From: Eledone cirrhosa
Taxonomy: Eukaryota
Direction: 5' to 3'
NCBI GenBank assembly: GCA_964016885.1
Contig: OZ024746.1
Span: 18,290,001-18,354,000, forward strand
Length of the DNA: 64,000 nt
The translations under genes and the position numbers were made by a program. A model generated the notes under the pieces. That model had not been told where the DNA came from. It ran no database searches and saw only the letters and a list, made by a program, of their open reading frames with translations. Positions 13,986-27,371 of the stretch are shown piece by piece. Position 1 is the first letter of the stretch; every line of letters begins with the position of its first letter.

Positions 13986-16900
13986 AGGGACAAACTACCA
14001 TGAATTTTCTATGCAGGCTTTTAAATGATACATAAAAAGGATTAGCATCATCAAAAACTAGTTATGGAATAATATCATAAAATGGAACCCTAATTTAGAC
14101 AAATATATATTGATTTGCTGGAGATGAATTCAAACTAAAATTGACTTATAGTAAATCTAAACAATGCTTTGTTGTTCTATTATTGGAATAGAAAAAATGG
14201 CAATATGGAATTAATTATTAAAAGAAAATAGTGCCATATGAAATGATAGAGTAGATAAAATATTAAATATGTTCTGAAGTGAAAACATGTTATGATAGAT
14301 AAATAGAGATAGAGTAAAATGGAAAATATAAAGCAAATATTTCGTTACTCACAATCCAAATTTTAGCATGTTTCTCTGCAAGTGTATACTTTGGAATAGA
14401 AACAAGATGACAATAAATAATAGTTATCTAGCTGCGCATTCATTAAAATAGTGTAGAGAATCTTTTAATTTGAATCATCTGTGACAATTAATTTGGAGTC
14501 ATAGCCAGTTAATGGAAGGTGGGGATGTGTAGTAAATTATGTTAAACATATTTAGCACATTGTAATAAGTAAGATAAGCAGAAACTAACTTCTTTTCTGA
14601 CCAAATTAGTTAATCTCTTCCATGTTCTAATCATTGAGAAAATATATAACTGGTGTAATGAATTTATGTATGAATAAATAACTAAAAGTAGTTTGTTTAC
14701 AAAATCTGTAAGACTTTCAAACCTCAGTGGGTGAAATTATATCATGCTCTTATAATACTGAGGAAGCAGTGATAATAATCAAGTTAAGGGCCACAACACT
14801 TGCTTTAGCAGAGTTTCTTCTTTGAAGAACTTCTGCAGTCCAGCTCTCCTGAAAGTTTCTTACCACCACATGATCACAGCTTAAAATATCCGTAGCGAAA
14901 CTAAATGTATGTTTATTATATAAAAAAATAAAAAAAGTCAAAATATGTGTCATTTTAAATTTTAAGGTTCTTTTCTATGGCTGAATGAAAATATCAAGTA
15001 ACAGACATAATGCTTTAATCATTATATTTAATAAAGAATTACAAGCTTTACTGCTAATGTAATAAGCAATTGAAATTGAACAGTCACAAATAGCTTTATT
15101 ATATAGAAACTATGTAATGTAACAACTGCAATTTGATAACGTCTATCCAGAGACAACATCTTGCTCATACGAATTTGTATTTTGGCTTGGTTTCTACAGC
15201 TGGAAGCCTTTCCTACCATGTTACAATGTGTACTGGGGGATATCTAGGACTATGTTATCTAACAATGTCTTTCCTTATTTTGCAGGATTATGTAGAGACT
15301 CTCTTATTGTCTTGGTAATTTTAGTTAATTTTATTTAATATTAATTCTCAGATCCTCTCCAGATACCATATTTCTGTGGTGAGAAATAAGGGACAATATT
15401 ATCAAAGTGAAGATGTAAATATTGATTCTACTTATAGTTTGAATCTAAAGTATCAAATAATAGAAAAAAGAAAAAGAAAACATGATACCTAAATTAGTTA
15501 TACATTTCTGTAAATGTTAAAGTAAACAAAAAAAAAAAGGGATCAAAGAAGCACAAACAAGCTGAAGGCATGCTATAGAAAGGTGTCAGCATACAATGAA
15601 ATGAGAAATATGAAATTAAAAGAATGTTGCTCATATTTAATTGCTTTATATCAAAGTTCTTTGAGAAACAAGATTCTTTTATCATTTGTCCACCACTCTT
15701 CTTTGAGAATTGGCTAACAAGGAATTCCAGCCATCTGACATGGATTTTCTTTCCACCAGTCCCTCATTTACAAGAAGTTTTATGATAGCATTCAACAGTA
15801 TCTGCTATGAGAATTTCCTAGCTAAGTTCCCTACTTATGGGTTTCCCCAGTTTACAGAAAGGAATCATGGTTATTGCTGCTGTTCAGCCATCAAATAAAC
15901 AGAATTCTTCTTCTACAGAAGTTGATAAAAGTCTGTCTTGTCTTCATCATCTTTGTCACTAGATTTCTCCATATTTCAACACCACATAGTAAAACTGGTT
16001 TGACACGCGTTAAAAATTCTAATCTCAGTTCACATTGACATTTCTTTAAAGCTCTGTTGTTGGTTTCAACAGTCCTCTAGCTACAAATCTTTTACAAGAA
16101 CAATAATATTTCATATATGTATTTTATTATGTGTACAAAAAATAAACAAAAAAGTTATGCATGTTTTTTATTTGGAGGTCTGCCTTAGAAAACTTTTTAG
16201 TCATCTCATCATTATTTTATGTCTTTTTCCATGCTTGTATGGGTTGGACAGGTCTTTCCAACCCAGTATCTCTCCATTCATTGTGTTCCGTGAGCTTCAG
16301 AAATTTGAGATTAGTTCTCAACACCTCTGCCAAGTCTTTCTTCATCTTTCTCTACTGTAGTTACCTACTACTAAAATTTCTTGGCACTTTTTTACCCAAT
16401 GATCATCATTCACATGCATCACATGTCCATACCAACAGAGTCTCTTCTTTTGCACTCTACATCTCAATCCTCTTATGCTCAGTTTTTTCCTTAGTTCATT
16501 TATGCTTCGTCATTCACACCAATTAACACTACACATCCATTGAAGATGATCTTCCATTAAAAGTTCAACAAAAAATGATGCAACTCACAGGTCACTGCAC
16601 CAAACACAATGATGAAGTAGCAAACAAGTTAGTGCTCTAGCAACTTACTGAGGGAAGAACTTGTAGAGGAAGGATGTGACTCAGAGGCCACAGCATAGTA
16701 ATTCAGAAGAGTAATTCAGAAAAAAATACTTTTACAATTATTTACTGAGGTAAATCCCTATTTGCTTTAATTCCATACCTTATATGGACCCTGAAGACTA
16801 ACACTTTAAAAATTAATGCTAGAAATTAATGAAAGTTACTCAGAAACACCTATTAGAATCTACCATGTATCTATCAACATAATTTTTATCAAGTTCAACT

Positions 16901-17122
16901 ATTAATAAAATGAATTAAATAATTGTTATACTTTGGGAGGGTCATGCTCCTAAAGTACAACAATATCTGTTTCAACACAAGATTTCACATCAAATATCAA
17001 ATAAATTTAACAATGAAGTAATGAAATAATTATTTGTAGCTAAATAAATAAAAAATCATCTAAGTTCCAGATATCCATGCTATAACATACACTATATCAG
17101 TAACTATATATTCTACACCATA

Positions 17123-17326
17123 CAAGGGTGGGCTGAAAAGTTCATAGGCTGACTATGAAGGAGTGGTGCTAGTGATGTGAAAACTTGCATGCATTAATTA
17201 CAACTCTTCTTATTAAAAACTGCATTGTTTTTATTTTTTTCTAGGGACTATATTGGAAAATAAACCTCATTTGGTCATTCCATGAGTGTATCTTAGTCAG
17301 CCTAGGGACTTTTCAGCCAACCCTTG
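17123..17326. mobile_element. Tc1/mariner MITE; second copy at about 33097-33276, fragment at about 1980-2020
   Basis: TA flanks; TIR caagggtgggctgaaaagttcataggctgact / agtcagcctagggacttttcagccaacccttg. Confidence 0.85.
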
Positions 17327-18915
17327 TAGATATATTATACATCCCAACTTTCATCAACATCATCATTTTAAAGATTGTTTTATTTACCATACTTCCACAG
17401 ATGAACAAGTCTCTTCCAACACTGCATATTGCCACTCACTGTGGTTCTTTGTCATCATTTCCATGAGGAATAAAAATAATATTTTGTAAAACGTCTATCT
17501 CACTATCAGAACACTACTTGACAAAAACACTTCTGGTTTCCCGCCATATATAAATATATATATATATACATTTATACCAATGTTGGGTCACGACCAATAT
17601 TGTGTAGGGCATAGCAATGCCAAAAATATCCAAATAACTGGAGTGTATTTTATTAGAAAACTGAATCAAAACCTAAATCAGAAGAGGACTGAACTTATAA
17701 ACGTAGATATTTGATCTTGTTGTGTAACTTGGAGTGTGATATGTAATGTTGGTGCCCCAGCATGGCTTCAACCTGGAACACATAATATTGTAAAAAGTAT
17801 GTATTTTACATTTCTGTCTCTCTCATTGAGGTCATTCTGTCCAATGATAGGTTTGTCTAAAAAAACATTGATGGCCCTTCAATATTAAATGTATTAAATT
17901 CATAGTTTCAAGTCCAACAAAGCTTTTGTTACATAATTATTGCTGTTAGATAGCCATCCATACTTACATCAATTTTATCAGTCATTTATTCTTCAAAATA
18001 AGATTTCTTATTTTTCAAAATAAGATTTAACTACATATAAAAAAAAAAAGGTCAGCTGTTTTTCCAATGTCCTCGAACATCTCATTTCCTGGATTCTTGA
18101 ATGGCATCTGTTGCCACTAATCCACATCTGTTGCCACTATTGTAGTCCTGATACAAACCTGCTGACATGATTTCAATGATATCCAAATATTGGAAAAGGG
18201 GAGAATTTCACAGCAAATGTGCAATAATGCATGCATATTCCCATAACTCCTGAGGGAATCGTAGAGGCACATATCGACATATGGTTTTAGTGCATTTTAG
18301 AACCTGGCAGAGCCTATCTTCTCTCCAGGCCTAAATACAGAAGATTTCTTCCAGAGAAAGATAGAGAGTGAAAGAATGGAAGTGAGTAAGAGATATAAAG
18401 GAAGAATCGATCCCAGTATTTAACTGGTACTTTTTTTATCAACCTTGAATGGATGAAAGGCAAAGTTGATCTCTGCGGGATTTTAACTGAAAGAGCAGAG
18501 AGCTGAAACAAATAGCGCAAAGCATTCTATCCGACTTTCTAATAACGCCGCAATTCGGCACCTGAGCAATAATAACATCACCCAAAACAACTGTTCTTTT
18601 TTTCATATTCAGAAAGATTACCATCTTTCACATTACATGATTCTCTTGAGAGTATCAATGCTACAAATTTTTAATAAGACACAGGATGCTCCTGAGAAAA
18701 GAGGGATATATTTATAACTTTGACAATCTAAAATCATTATTCATGAAAGGTAAGGTAAAAGCTGTAACCAAATACTACAAAGCATTTTATATGGCGCTCT
18801 ACCGATTCTGGCAATCCACTACACTTAAATATATAAAAATAATAAAAAGTAAATTAATGAAAGTTTCATAAAAAATAAAATTTTATAAGGAAATATGAAA
18901 TTGATATTTGCCTAC

Positions 18916-19006
18916 CTCCCTTTGCTCCGGTGTAAGTTGTATGTGTTCAGAATGTTGCATATTTCTATCTTTCCGTTTCCACTTGGCTGCTTCTTGCATG
19001 CGTGTC
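18916..19006 (-). CDS. DENND5: DENND5 exon (linker)
   Basis: tcttag/gtaggc; KTRMQEAAKWKRKDRNMQHSEHIQLTPEQRE (RRKxRxxQHSEH motif); 91 nt, phase 2 to 0. Confidence 0.9.
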
Positions 19007-19368
19007 CTAAGACAGACAATTTCATAGTAAACAAATAGTGGAATATAGATACAATTGACTCAACTATATATATATAAAGACCCCCTTTGGTTATGAATGA
19101 CCATGGGATTTGCACCTAGAAAGTTCCCTTCCAAAGCACAAAGTCTGGGCAAGGTTGTTTTTGTGGAAGACCAGCAGTCATCCATGCATACCCGTCTCGT
19201 GTCTCCTCACCACCAGTGTTGTCCAACAACAAAGGCAGATACAACTTGCCACCAGTGATGTCACAATTCATTTCTACAGCTGAGTAAACTGGAGCAACAT
19301 GTCTTGCTCAAAAACACAATGCATCACTCTGTCCGAGAATCAAACTCACAACCTCTTGATGTCACATG

Positions 19369-19415
<47 letters not shown>

Positions 19416-19834
19416 CAGGATGGATTCAGTTTGAAACTGGTTAGACCATAACTCACCAGAGTTCTCGATACTGAAGGCAGTATGGCTATATTATAAAGAA
19501 TCAGGACCCAATGGCTGAGCTCTTGCCTTTTCAACAGCTAGTTCCAGACTTTGGAACTGGCTGTTGAAATGGCAAATTTTAGTATTTAGTGGTTATCAGA
19601 AAATACCAATATGTAAAATACTTGCTCTTACAATACATGCAAAATATCTTTACTGTACAATTGAAACATAGGAATATTTATTTGAAAACTGTTATTAAAT
19701 AGAAAAAAAAATTAACAGAACCTTGATCTGAAAAAAAATCTTTTCATAGAACAGTATTGAATAAAAAAATTAAAAATCAGAATGATAGAAAAACTATTTC
19801 AATTTTTTTTAAAATAAATTTGTCTTCAACTCAC

Positions 19835-20036
19835 TTTTGATTTTTAGGTTCTGTGTTCAAAAACTGTTCATGAAGTTGAGGAAATCTACCATTAACTCCA
19901 TAAGTGAGTTTAAGAGATGCCTCAATTTCATGAGAAGCTGTTAATGAACTCAGAGTCTGAAGTAGTTGCTGATCAGGTAAATGTGGTTTTTGTGCATTTA
20001 AATCAATGGGAAATGCCCTTTTCTCAAGAAACATTT
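19835..20036 (-). CDS. DENND5: DENND5 exon (dDENN-RUN linker)
   Basis: tttcag/gtgagt; EMFLEKRAFPIDLNAQKPHL...GRFPQLHEQFL; 202 nt, phase 1 to 2, compatible with both neighbours. Confidence 0.88.
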
Positions 20037-20608
20037 CTGAAAATGTGAGAAAAAAATATTCATAAATTCAACTGGTGCATTCAATAAGTACATTCTAGTG
20101 AAGGGTGGGTGAGATTCATTGTGCTACTATATCTTTCTTTTTAACAATCTACAAGATCTCAGACCTCATTCACTTACCAAGTGGAGTGGAACTTGTCAAA
20201 TTGGATCAAGGAAACAATGTTTCCATTGGTCTTTTCAAAACTAATACTATCTACAGTCACAACTCTTGGCAGAAAGAGCAACATGAAATGAAGTGTCTTG
20301 CTCAAACAGATAACACACCTGGTCCAGGAATCAAAAACGCAATCCAATTCTCTAACTAATAAACCATGCAATTCTCTAACTAATAAACTGTTGCAGCAAA
20401 GGAATTTGTAAGGTTGGGAGGCAAAATATAAAAACGTTCAGACGTGACTGCTAGTATTTTGGCTTAAAAAACTCATCAGCAAGGTACTGGACTTACCTAT
20501 AAGCTAAATAAGCTTTAACTTAGACCCACACAAACTTGGTGAGCCTCAATTTTTTAAATGTACTTTTATTTTATCATTAGTTTTTTGTTCTTTAACACTA
20601 AATCATCA

Positions 20609-20653
<45 letters not shown>

Positions 20654-21139
20654 ATAACAAGCTATTTATTTAGATTCCATCTAGCTCTGTCGTTATCTAC
20701 TCACTCAAAGAATTTTATATATATATATAAATAATAAATGTGATAAACTTTAATCTGTTATTTTAATAAATATATATATATACATGGAGGCACATGGCTT
20801 AGTGGTTAGAGCATTGGCCTTGCAATCGAAAGGTTGTGAGTTCAATTCTCAGACCGGGTGATGTGTTGTTTCCTTGAGCAAGACACTTTATTTCACATTG
20901 CTCCAGTTTACTCAGCTGTAGAAATAGGGACTGGGGTCCCTATCATTCCACTGCAAAGTGGTCGTGGAGGTGCCACGGCAAAAAAGCACCCACCACTCAC
21001 TGTGAATGAGGTTGGTGTTAGGAAGGGCATCCTGCTGTAGAAATCAAGCCAGAATCAGTTCCCGTCCCACCCTTGCAAGCAGGGAAAAGTGGATGTAAAA
21101 TGAAATGAATGAATGAATGAAATATATATATATATATAT

Positions 21140-21634
21140 TAAAAAATCAGGAAAGAAGATTGACATGGTTTGCTATACAAAAAAGGTTTTTAATCTCATT
21201 GCTAACAATTGTTTCTCTGAACTGGTAGGTCTAGAGATCGCTATTCGCTTGTTTTCACGTTACTCGATCGCCAATACAAAATTATAACCAGTCAGTTCTT
21301 CGGAGCATGCTCCGAAGAACTGACTGGTTATAATTGGTGATCGAGTAACGTGAAAACAAGCGAATAGCGATCTCTAGACCTACCAGTTCAGAGAAACAAT
21401 TGTTAGCAATGAGATTAAAAACCTTTTTTGTATAGCAAACCATGTCAATCTTCTTTCCTGATTTTTTATTACTCCAAGTGTTTACAACATAGGAATTACA
21501 ACATACTCGCAACATCACTATGAAAACGCATTGTTGAGTCAAACCAAGCCAAGCATTGATATCATCCACTACCCGGAATACCATAACTGGACTACACCTA
21601 AGTGGACTGCATATAACTATTTTTTGTTACCCCG
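21140..21634. mobile_element. fold-back palindromic element (arms 21140-21307 and 21308-21468, right extension to about 21634) with hammerhead-like motif; PLE-pLTR-like
   Basis: near-perfect palindrome centred on gcatgc; flanked by (TA)n on both sides. Confidence 0.75.
21308..21408 (+). ncRNA. type I hammerhead-like motif (variant core CCGAAGA, long stem II); mirror copy 21200-21307(-)
   Basis: stem I UGCU/AGCA; stem II CUGA-CUGGU/ACCAG-U-UCAG; GAAA; palindromic stem III ACAAUUGU; cleavage triplet GUU. Confidence 0.55.
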
Positions 21635-21835
21635 TATATATATATATATATATATATTGTTGTTTTTTCTTTATCATTAACATTAATATAAAAAATAAAG
21701 ATCATGTATAATTATTTTAAATATGTTTACAGAAAAGAGTAAAGACATTTTTTGCATAAGAAAAAGATATTTTTTCTTTGGTAGCAAGGCTCTCATGTTT
21801 TTACTGTATATAAACATATTGAATATGTTTTCATA

Positions 21836-22836
21836 TCATCATCATCATGGCTTGGCTTCGCGAACGAAGATTAGGAAGGTTGACCACGTCGTCTGCAGGC
21901 ACACTGATGACTGACAAGTCCGATGCGGGAAAGGCAAGTCCGTGAACAGTGTCCACAGATGAAGATAACGTCCGGTGTGGTGTCAGAGGTGGCTCGGGCC
22001 TTCCTTCTGCGTCTCTTGTCTTTTTGCGCGTCTCTTCCGTCTTCCTCAAACTCGCTGACCGCGTTGAAGATCGTGTGGCGCCAGGCATCACGGTCCGCAG
22101 CCAGGTCTGACCAGCATTGGTGGTCAACATGACATACGGTGAGAGACTTTTTGAGGCAGTCTTTGTAGCGTTTCTTCGGAGCTCCTCTCTCTCGGTGGGC
22201 GGTGGAGAGTTCGCCAAACAGGGCAATCTTAGGAAGGCAATGGTTCTCCATTCTGGAGACATGCCCTGCCCATCGGAGGTGGTACTTCAGTAGCATGGCT
22301 TCAATGCTGGGGATCTCGGCCTGCTCCAGAACTTCAACATTTGTGACGAAGTCACTCCAGCGAATGTTAAGGATGGTGCGGAGACATCGCTGGTGGAAAC
22401 GCTCGAGACGGATGTGACTGCGGTAGGTGACCCAGGTCTCCGAGCCGTAGAGGAGAGTGATGAGGACCACGGCCCTGTAGACGCTGATCCTTGTCTTGTT
22501 CTTCAGGTTTTTGTTGGCTAACCACGTTTGTACAATCTGCCAAAGGAGTTATTTGCCTTAGAGAGTCTATTGTCAATTTCTTTGTCGATCCTTGCATCGG
22601 ATGAGATGATGCAGCCCAGGTATGTGAACTGCTGTGTTGATTTCAGTTCGGTATCGCAGATAGTGATGTAGGGTGGGCGGTATTCTTCTTAGGGAGCAGG
22701 CTGGTGAAGAACCTCCGTCTTCTTGAGGCTAACCTCCAGGCCAAAGAGCCGTGAGGCGTCCACAAAGCAGGACGTGATGCGCTGCAGAGCTCGCTCTGTG
22801 TGGGCGACGAGGGCAACGTCGTCCGCGAAGAGAAGG
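21836..22836 (-). mobile_element. second, GC-rich RTE-clade LINE family, 5'-truncated 3' fragment
   Basis: LFADD, FTYLG, LLYGSETW, LRWAGHVSRM..LPK..LFGEL..RERGAPKKRYKD, C-terminal CxxC zinc finger, (ATG)n tail. Confidence 0.9.
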
Positions 22837-22936
22837 TTAACCAAACCGGGGTCCCAATGTTTTCATATACACCCCTATTATATATACACATATATAAATG
22901 TATTTGTGTGTATGTATATACGCAGATACGTGTGTG

Positions 22937-22986
<50 letters not shown>

Positions 22987-23909
22987 TAGACATATATATA
23001 TTTACACACACACACAGATAATGGACATTAAATGATTATGATGATATATATATCTATGTATATTTACAGATGATAATAAATTGATCATCATCCACAACAT
23101 ACAGTTATTAATTATATCAGTCAATTATTTTAACCTGTTCATGATTGGTTGAACAATCCAAACAGGAATCTTTAAATACAGAAGTTCTAGTTATGTTTTA
23201 TACAATGTGCAACTCTTAACAATGGGGACAGTCAGTTTTGATATGTATATAATATTCTAAACAACCAAAGAGAATGACAGAATAAAATTCCTAGCACATT
23301 TATTGTTTTACAATTGTTTCGACAATACAACTGATTATTACATGGTTAGGCAAAAAGCAAAAACACAAGATAGAATAAATTTGTGTACATCATCACATCC
23401 ATTTTCCATGCTAGCATGGGTTAGACCGGTTGTCCTATTTGAGGCAAATCAGATCAGGTGACCGTGTCTTGCTCATACAGAACTGTTTCTGGCTTCCTTT
23501 CTACGATAGGATTTAGAGAGAATGGGGAGTGAATGAAGCAGAAATTTAGCTTGAGGAGGATGAGAGAATGTGGAGTAATAAAACCAAACACTTAAGTATT
23601 TAACCTGGTACTAAATCCCTTTTATTTGATATGAAACAATGTTGTCAAGACTATATATTCCTAGTGGGGTTTAATCAATGGATTTGTTAGAGAAGGAAGG
23701 TAAACTCAGTAGTTTATTGTTGCTACTAAATAAATTAGTACATAATAACTGATGATAATTTTCAAGTCAGTTCACTATACTAAATCGAACAAATTACAAA
23801 TCAATAAATAAGCTTTAACAAAACATGATGAAGTGTTATCCTTTGTTGTAATATTCTTACTTATTGAGCCACAAAAATTAAATTAGTTATAAGTAAATTA
23901 GTTATATCT

Positions 23910-26900
23910 CATCATCATCATCGTTTTACGTCCATTCTTCCATGCTAGCATGGGTTAGATGGGTTGTCCTGTTGTGGGCAGTGTCTGGTCGGCTGACCAT
24001 GCCTTGCTCATACAGGAACTGATTTTGGCTCGATTTCTACAGCTGGATGCCCTTCCTAACACCAACCTCATTTACAGTGAGTGCTGGGTGCTTTTTTCCG
24101 TGGCGCCTACACGTCCACTTTACAGTGTGGGCTGGGTGCTTTTTTGCCGTGGCACCTCCACGACCACCTTGCAGTGGGAGGGTGTGGAGGCATATTGTCT
24201 ATATGCTTCAGCTTGTACCCATGGGAGGTCGGGTACTCTGTATTACTGTGTGACGCCAGAGGTCACGGTCGTGTGTCATCGCCTTTGAGAGGTGTAATTG
24301 GGTAAGGTCGGCTTTTATCACCTCATCCTAGGTCTTCTTGGGTCTCCCCACTCCGTGGTTTCCGTTGACTTCTAGTTCTCTGCACCTTTTTATTTAGCTG
24401 TCAACCTTCATACGCATCACATGTCCATACAAACGCAACCGCCTCTCCTGCACACAGCATTTGATTCCTCTTATGCTCAGTCTCTCTCTCAATTCATTTA
24501 TGCTTTGCCGTTGGCGTATATTACTATTACATATCCATCGGAGCATGCAGGCTCCTTTTCTCTCTAATCTACGTAAGTCTTCCACCTTCAGCACCCAGGT
24601 AATATTGCTGTTCGGATACACGCATCATACAGTCTGCCTTTCATTTTGAGGGAGAAGCCTTTTGCAGCTAGCGGTGGCAGTAGTCCCCAGAACTTCTTCC
24701 ATCCCGTTCTTACCCTAGTTATTGTACTTTCTGAACACCCACCTCCGCTGCTAATTCGGTCACCTAGGTAGCAGAAGCTGTCTACTGTTTCTATAGAGCC
24801 CTCCCAGAGATTGGTGGTCCTTGTTTCCTGTGGCTGTTTGCTGCCCCAACACAGCTGCTACATGTGAACCCTACATTCTTAATTAAGCTTCCTGAGATCC
24901 TGCTACATCTCTTGTGTACCTATTGTTTGCTTTTGGGGCAGAGAATGGAGTTCCTACCTACACCTTTCCTACATACTGAGCAAGGCCATTTCCCTGAGGG
25001 GATCTGGGTTCTGTTTTCTCGTCTACTTACAAGGACCTTAGTCTTTGTTATGTTGACTTTGAGACCCTTTCTTTCTAGTCCCTGCTTCCAAGTTTGGAAT
25101 TTCTTCTATAGTTCTACCATAGATTCAGCTATAAGTGCGAGGTCATCAGCATACAGGAGTTCCCATGGGCATCCGGTCTTAAACTCCTCCGTTATTGCCT
25201 GCAGGACTATGATGAACAGGAGAGGGCTAAGAACAGAGCCCTGGTGGACACCAGCCTGTACGCTAAATTCCTCGCTATACTCATTACTAATCCTAACTTT
25301 GCTGACTGCTCCTCTATACATGGCTTGTACAGCTTTCACAAGCCATTCATCTACTCCTAGTTTTCTAAGAGCCCACCAGATTACAGCATGTGGAACTCTG
25401 TCAAAGGCTTTCTCGAGATCGACGAATGCCAGGTAGAGTGGCTTACTTTTAGCTAGGTACTTTTCCTGTAACTGCCTCACAAGGAAGAGGGCATCAGTGG
25501 TGCCTCTTCCTGGTACAAACCCAAATTGTATCTCATCTAGTTTCACCCGGTCCCTAATCAACTGTGCTATAACTCTTTGTTACTTTCATGACCTGGTCCA
25601 TCAGCTTTATACCTCTATAGTTTCCTCTATCTAGTGCATCACCTTTACTTTTGTAGCAGTTGACAATGATGCTACTGCACCACTCTTTTGGTATGACACC
25701 TTCTAGTATTACCTGGTTAACAATACGTGTGGTTATAGTGTGACCTACAGACCCAGATGCCTTCAGCATCTCGGCAGCTATACCCGATGGACCGGTTGCC
25801 TTCCCCATCTTCATATCTTTGATCGCCTTACTTACTACACTGCTGCTGTCTTGTACTGCTGGCCCCTCTATAGGGTCTACTTGGGATAGGGTCTCTTCTT
25901 CCCATGCATTCTCCTCATTTAGTAATCTATCATAATGGCTCTTCCATGATCTTTCTTCTCAGCACTTGTGAGGGCAAGCTCACCTTTATCATTCCGGATA
26001 CACTTCTCTCTGACACACTGCCTCGCAATCTTGAACACCTCCTGTTTCTGGTCCTCATGTTGCAAAACATGCTTGAATTTTCTATCCTCTGCTTCCCTCC
26101 TAGCTAAGTATACTTGTCGCCTAGCTTCCCTCTTGGTCTCTATGTAATGTACCCTGCTACCCCCGTTCTTCCATTCTTTCCATGCCTGTCTCTTGGCCTT
26201 AACTGCCTCATCTACCTTATTGTTCCACCACCAAGTCACTCTCCTCCTGCTTGTGGTCTTACTCCAGCCACAGATCTCATCCGTCGCCTCTAGTAAGTTA
26301 TTTTTTAGGAACTCCCAGTGCTCTTCTACATTGAATGTCTCTATCTGTTCTTCTTTACTGTCGTAGGCATTGAGTAAAATATCTTTAAATCTGTTACTGG
26401 CTGAGGGGTCCTTCAGCTTCCAGATCTTTCTTCTCCAGGTTGGCCTCTGTTTCCAGGTTCGTCTAGTTCTGACCGTGAGGTCGCTGACAACTAAGCTATA
26501 TTGGGAGGTACATTCCTCACTAGAGTAGGCTTTTGTGTTTACGACCGTCCATCTGTCACGTCCTCTGATGAGGATAAAATCTATCTGACTAGAATGCTCC
26601 CCTGATCTATAGGTGATCAGGTGGTTGTCGGGTTTTTTGTAGTTTGTGTTACATATCGACATGTCATTGGCGTCGCAGAATTCTAGAAGTCTGAATCCTT
26701 CCTCATTTCTTGTGCCAACCTCATGGCCTCCATGTACTCTATTGAAGCCGTCGCAGTGTTTATCTACGTGTCCGTTAAAATCTCCTGCGATGATTAGGAA
26801 GTCATTGTCATTTGTTAGAGCAGTAGTGTGCATTAGGGACTCATAAAACCTATCCTTAAGTTCGTCTGGCAACCCCGATTGGGGTGCGTAAGCTGATATT

Positions 26901-27300
26901 ATTGTGGTAATTGTTTTATTCAGGACTAGTCTGAGTTTAATGATTCTTGCATTTACCCTGTACACTGAGATTACTTTATCTACTCACTTGTCAACTAGTA
27001 GTATACCTACATCACCCATCCCATCGTCATTGCCCACCCAGAAAAATTTGTAGCACTGACTTTTTCCTACAAGGACTCTAGCAGACTCTCCTCCCCATCT
27101 AGTCTCTTGCACACAGCATACATCAATTTCCTTTCGCTCTAGCATTTCTACGATTTCTCCTGCTCTTCCTTTCATTGTGCTTACATTGATGGTACCAACT
27201 CAAGAGTTTTGGGCATTTGTCGACATTCGTAGGGAAAGGTAGATTTTTGCAGGGGTGTGTGTGTGAGTTTCCTGTCTCTGGATTGGGGCTTGACATGGGT
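23910..27300 (-). mobile_element. near full-length RTE-clade LINE (APE endonuclease plus RT), disrupted by stops and frameshifts
   Basis: APE motifs GTINV, CVQETRW, SAYAPQ, GDFNGH, SQIDFIL; RT motifs NYRGIKL, QFGF, DLEKAFD, QGSVLSP, YADD; 3'UTR ending in (ATG)n. Confidence 0.95.
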
Positions 27301-27371
27301 GCTTGGTAGCTCGCGGATTCATATTCATTTTATCTCATATTCGACTTAATTTTTACATTGTTTTATTTGGG

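Noticed and set aside
17675-17715. Degenerate hammerhead-like string in a (TA)n-adjacent segment
   Set aside because: Two or more core positions are wrong; not supportable.
19523-19575. Hairpin of about 24 bp resembling a terminator or pre-miRNA
   Set aside because: Lies in a probable repeat fragment next to (TA)n; no independent support for function.
20440-20482. CUGAUGA on the minus strand
   Set aside because: No GAAA (CAAA instead) and no convincing stem I or III; at best a decayed motif.
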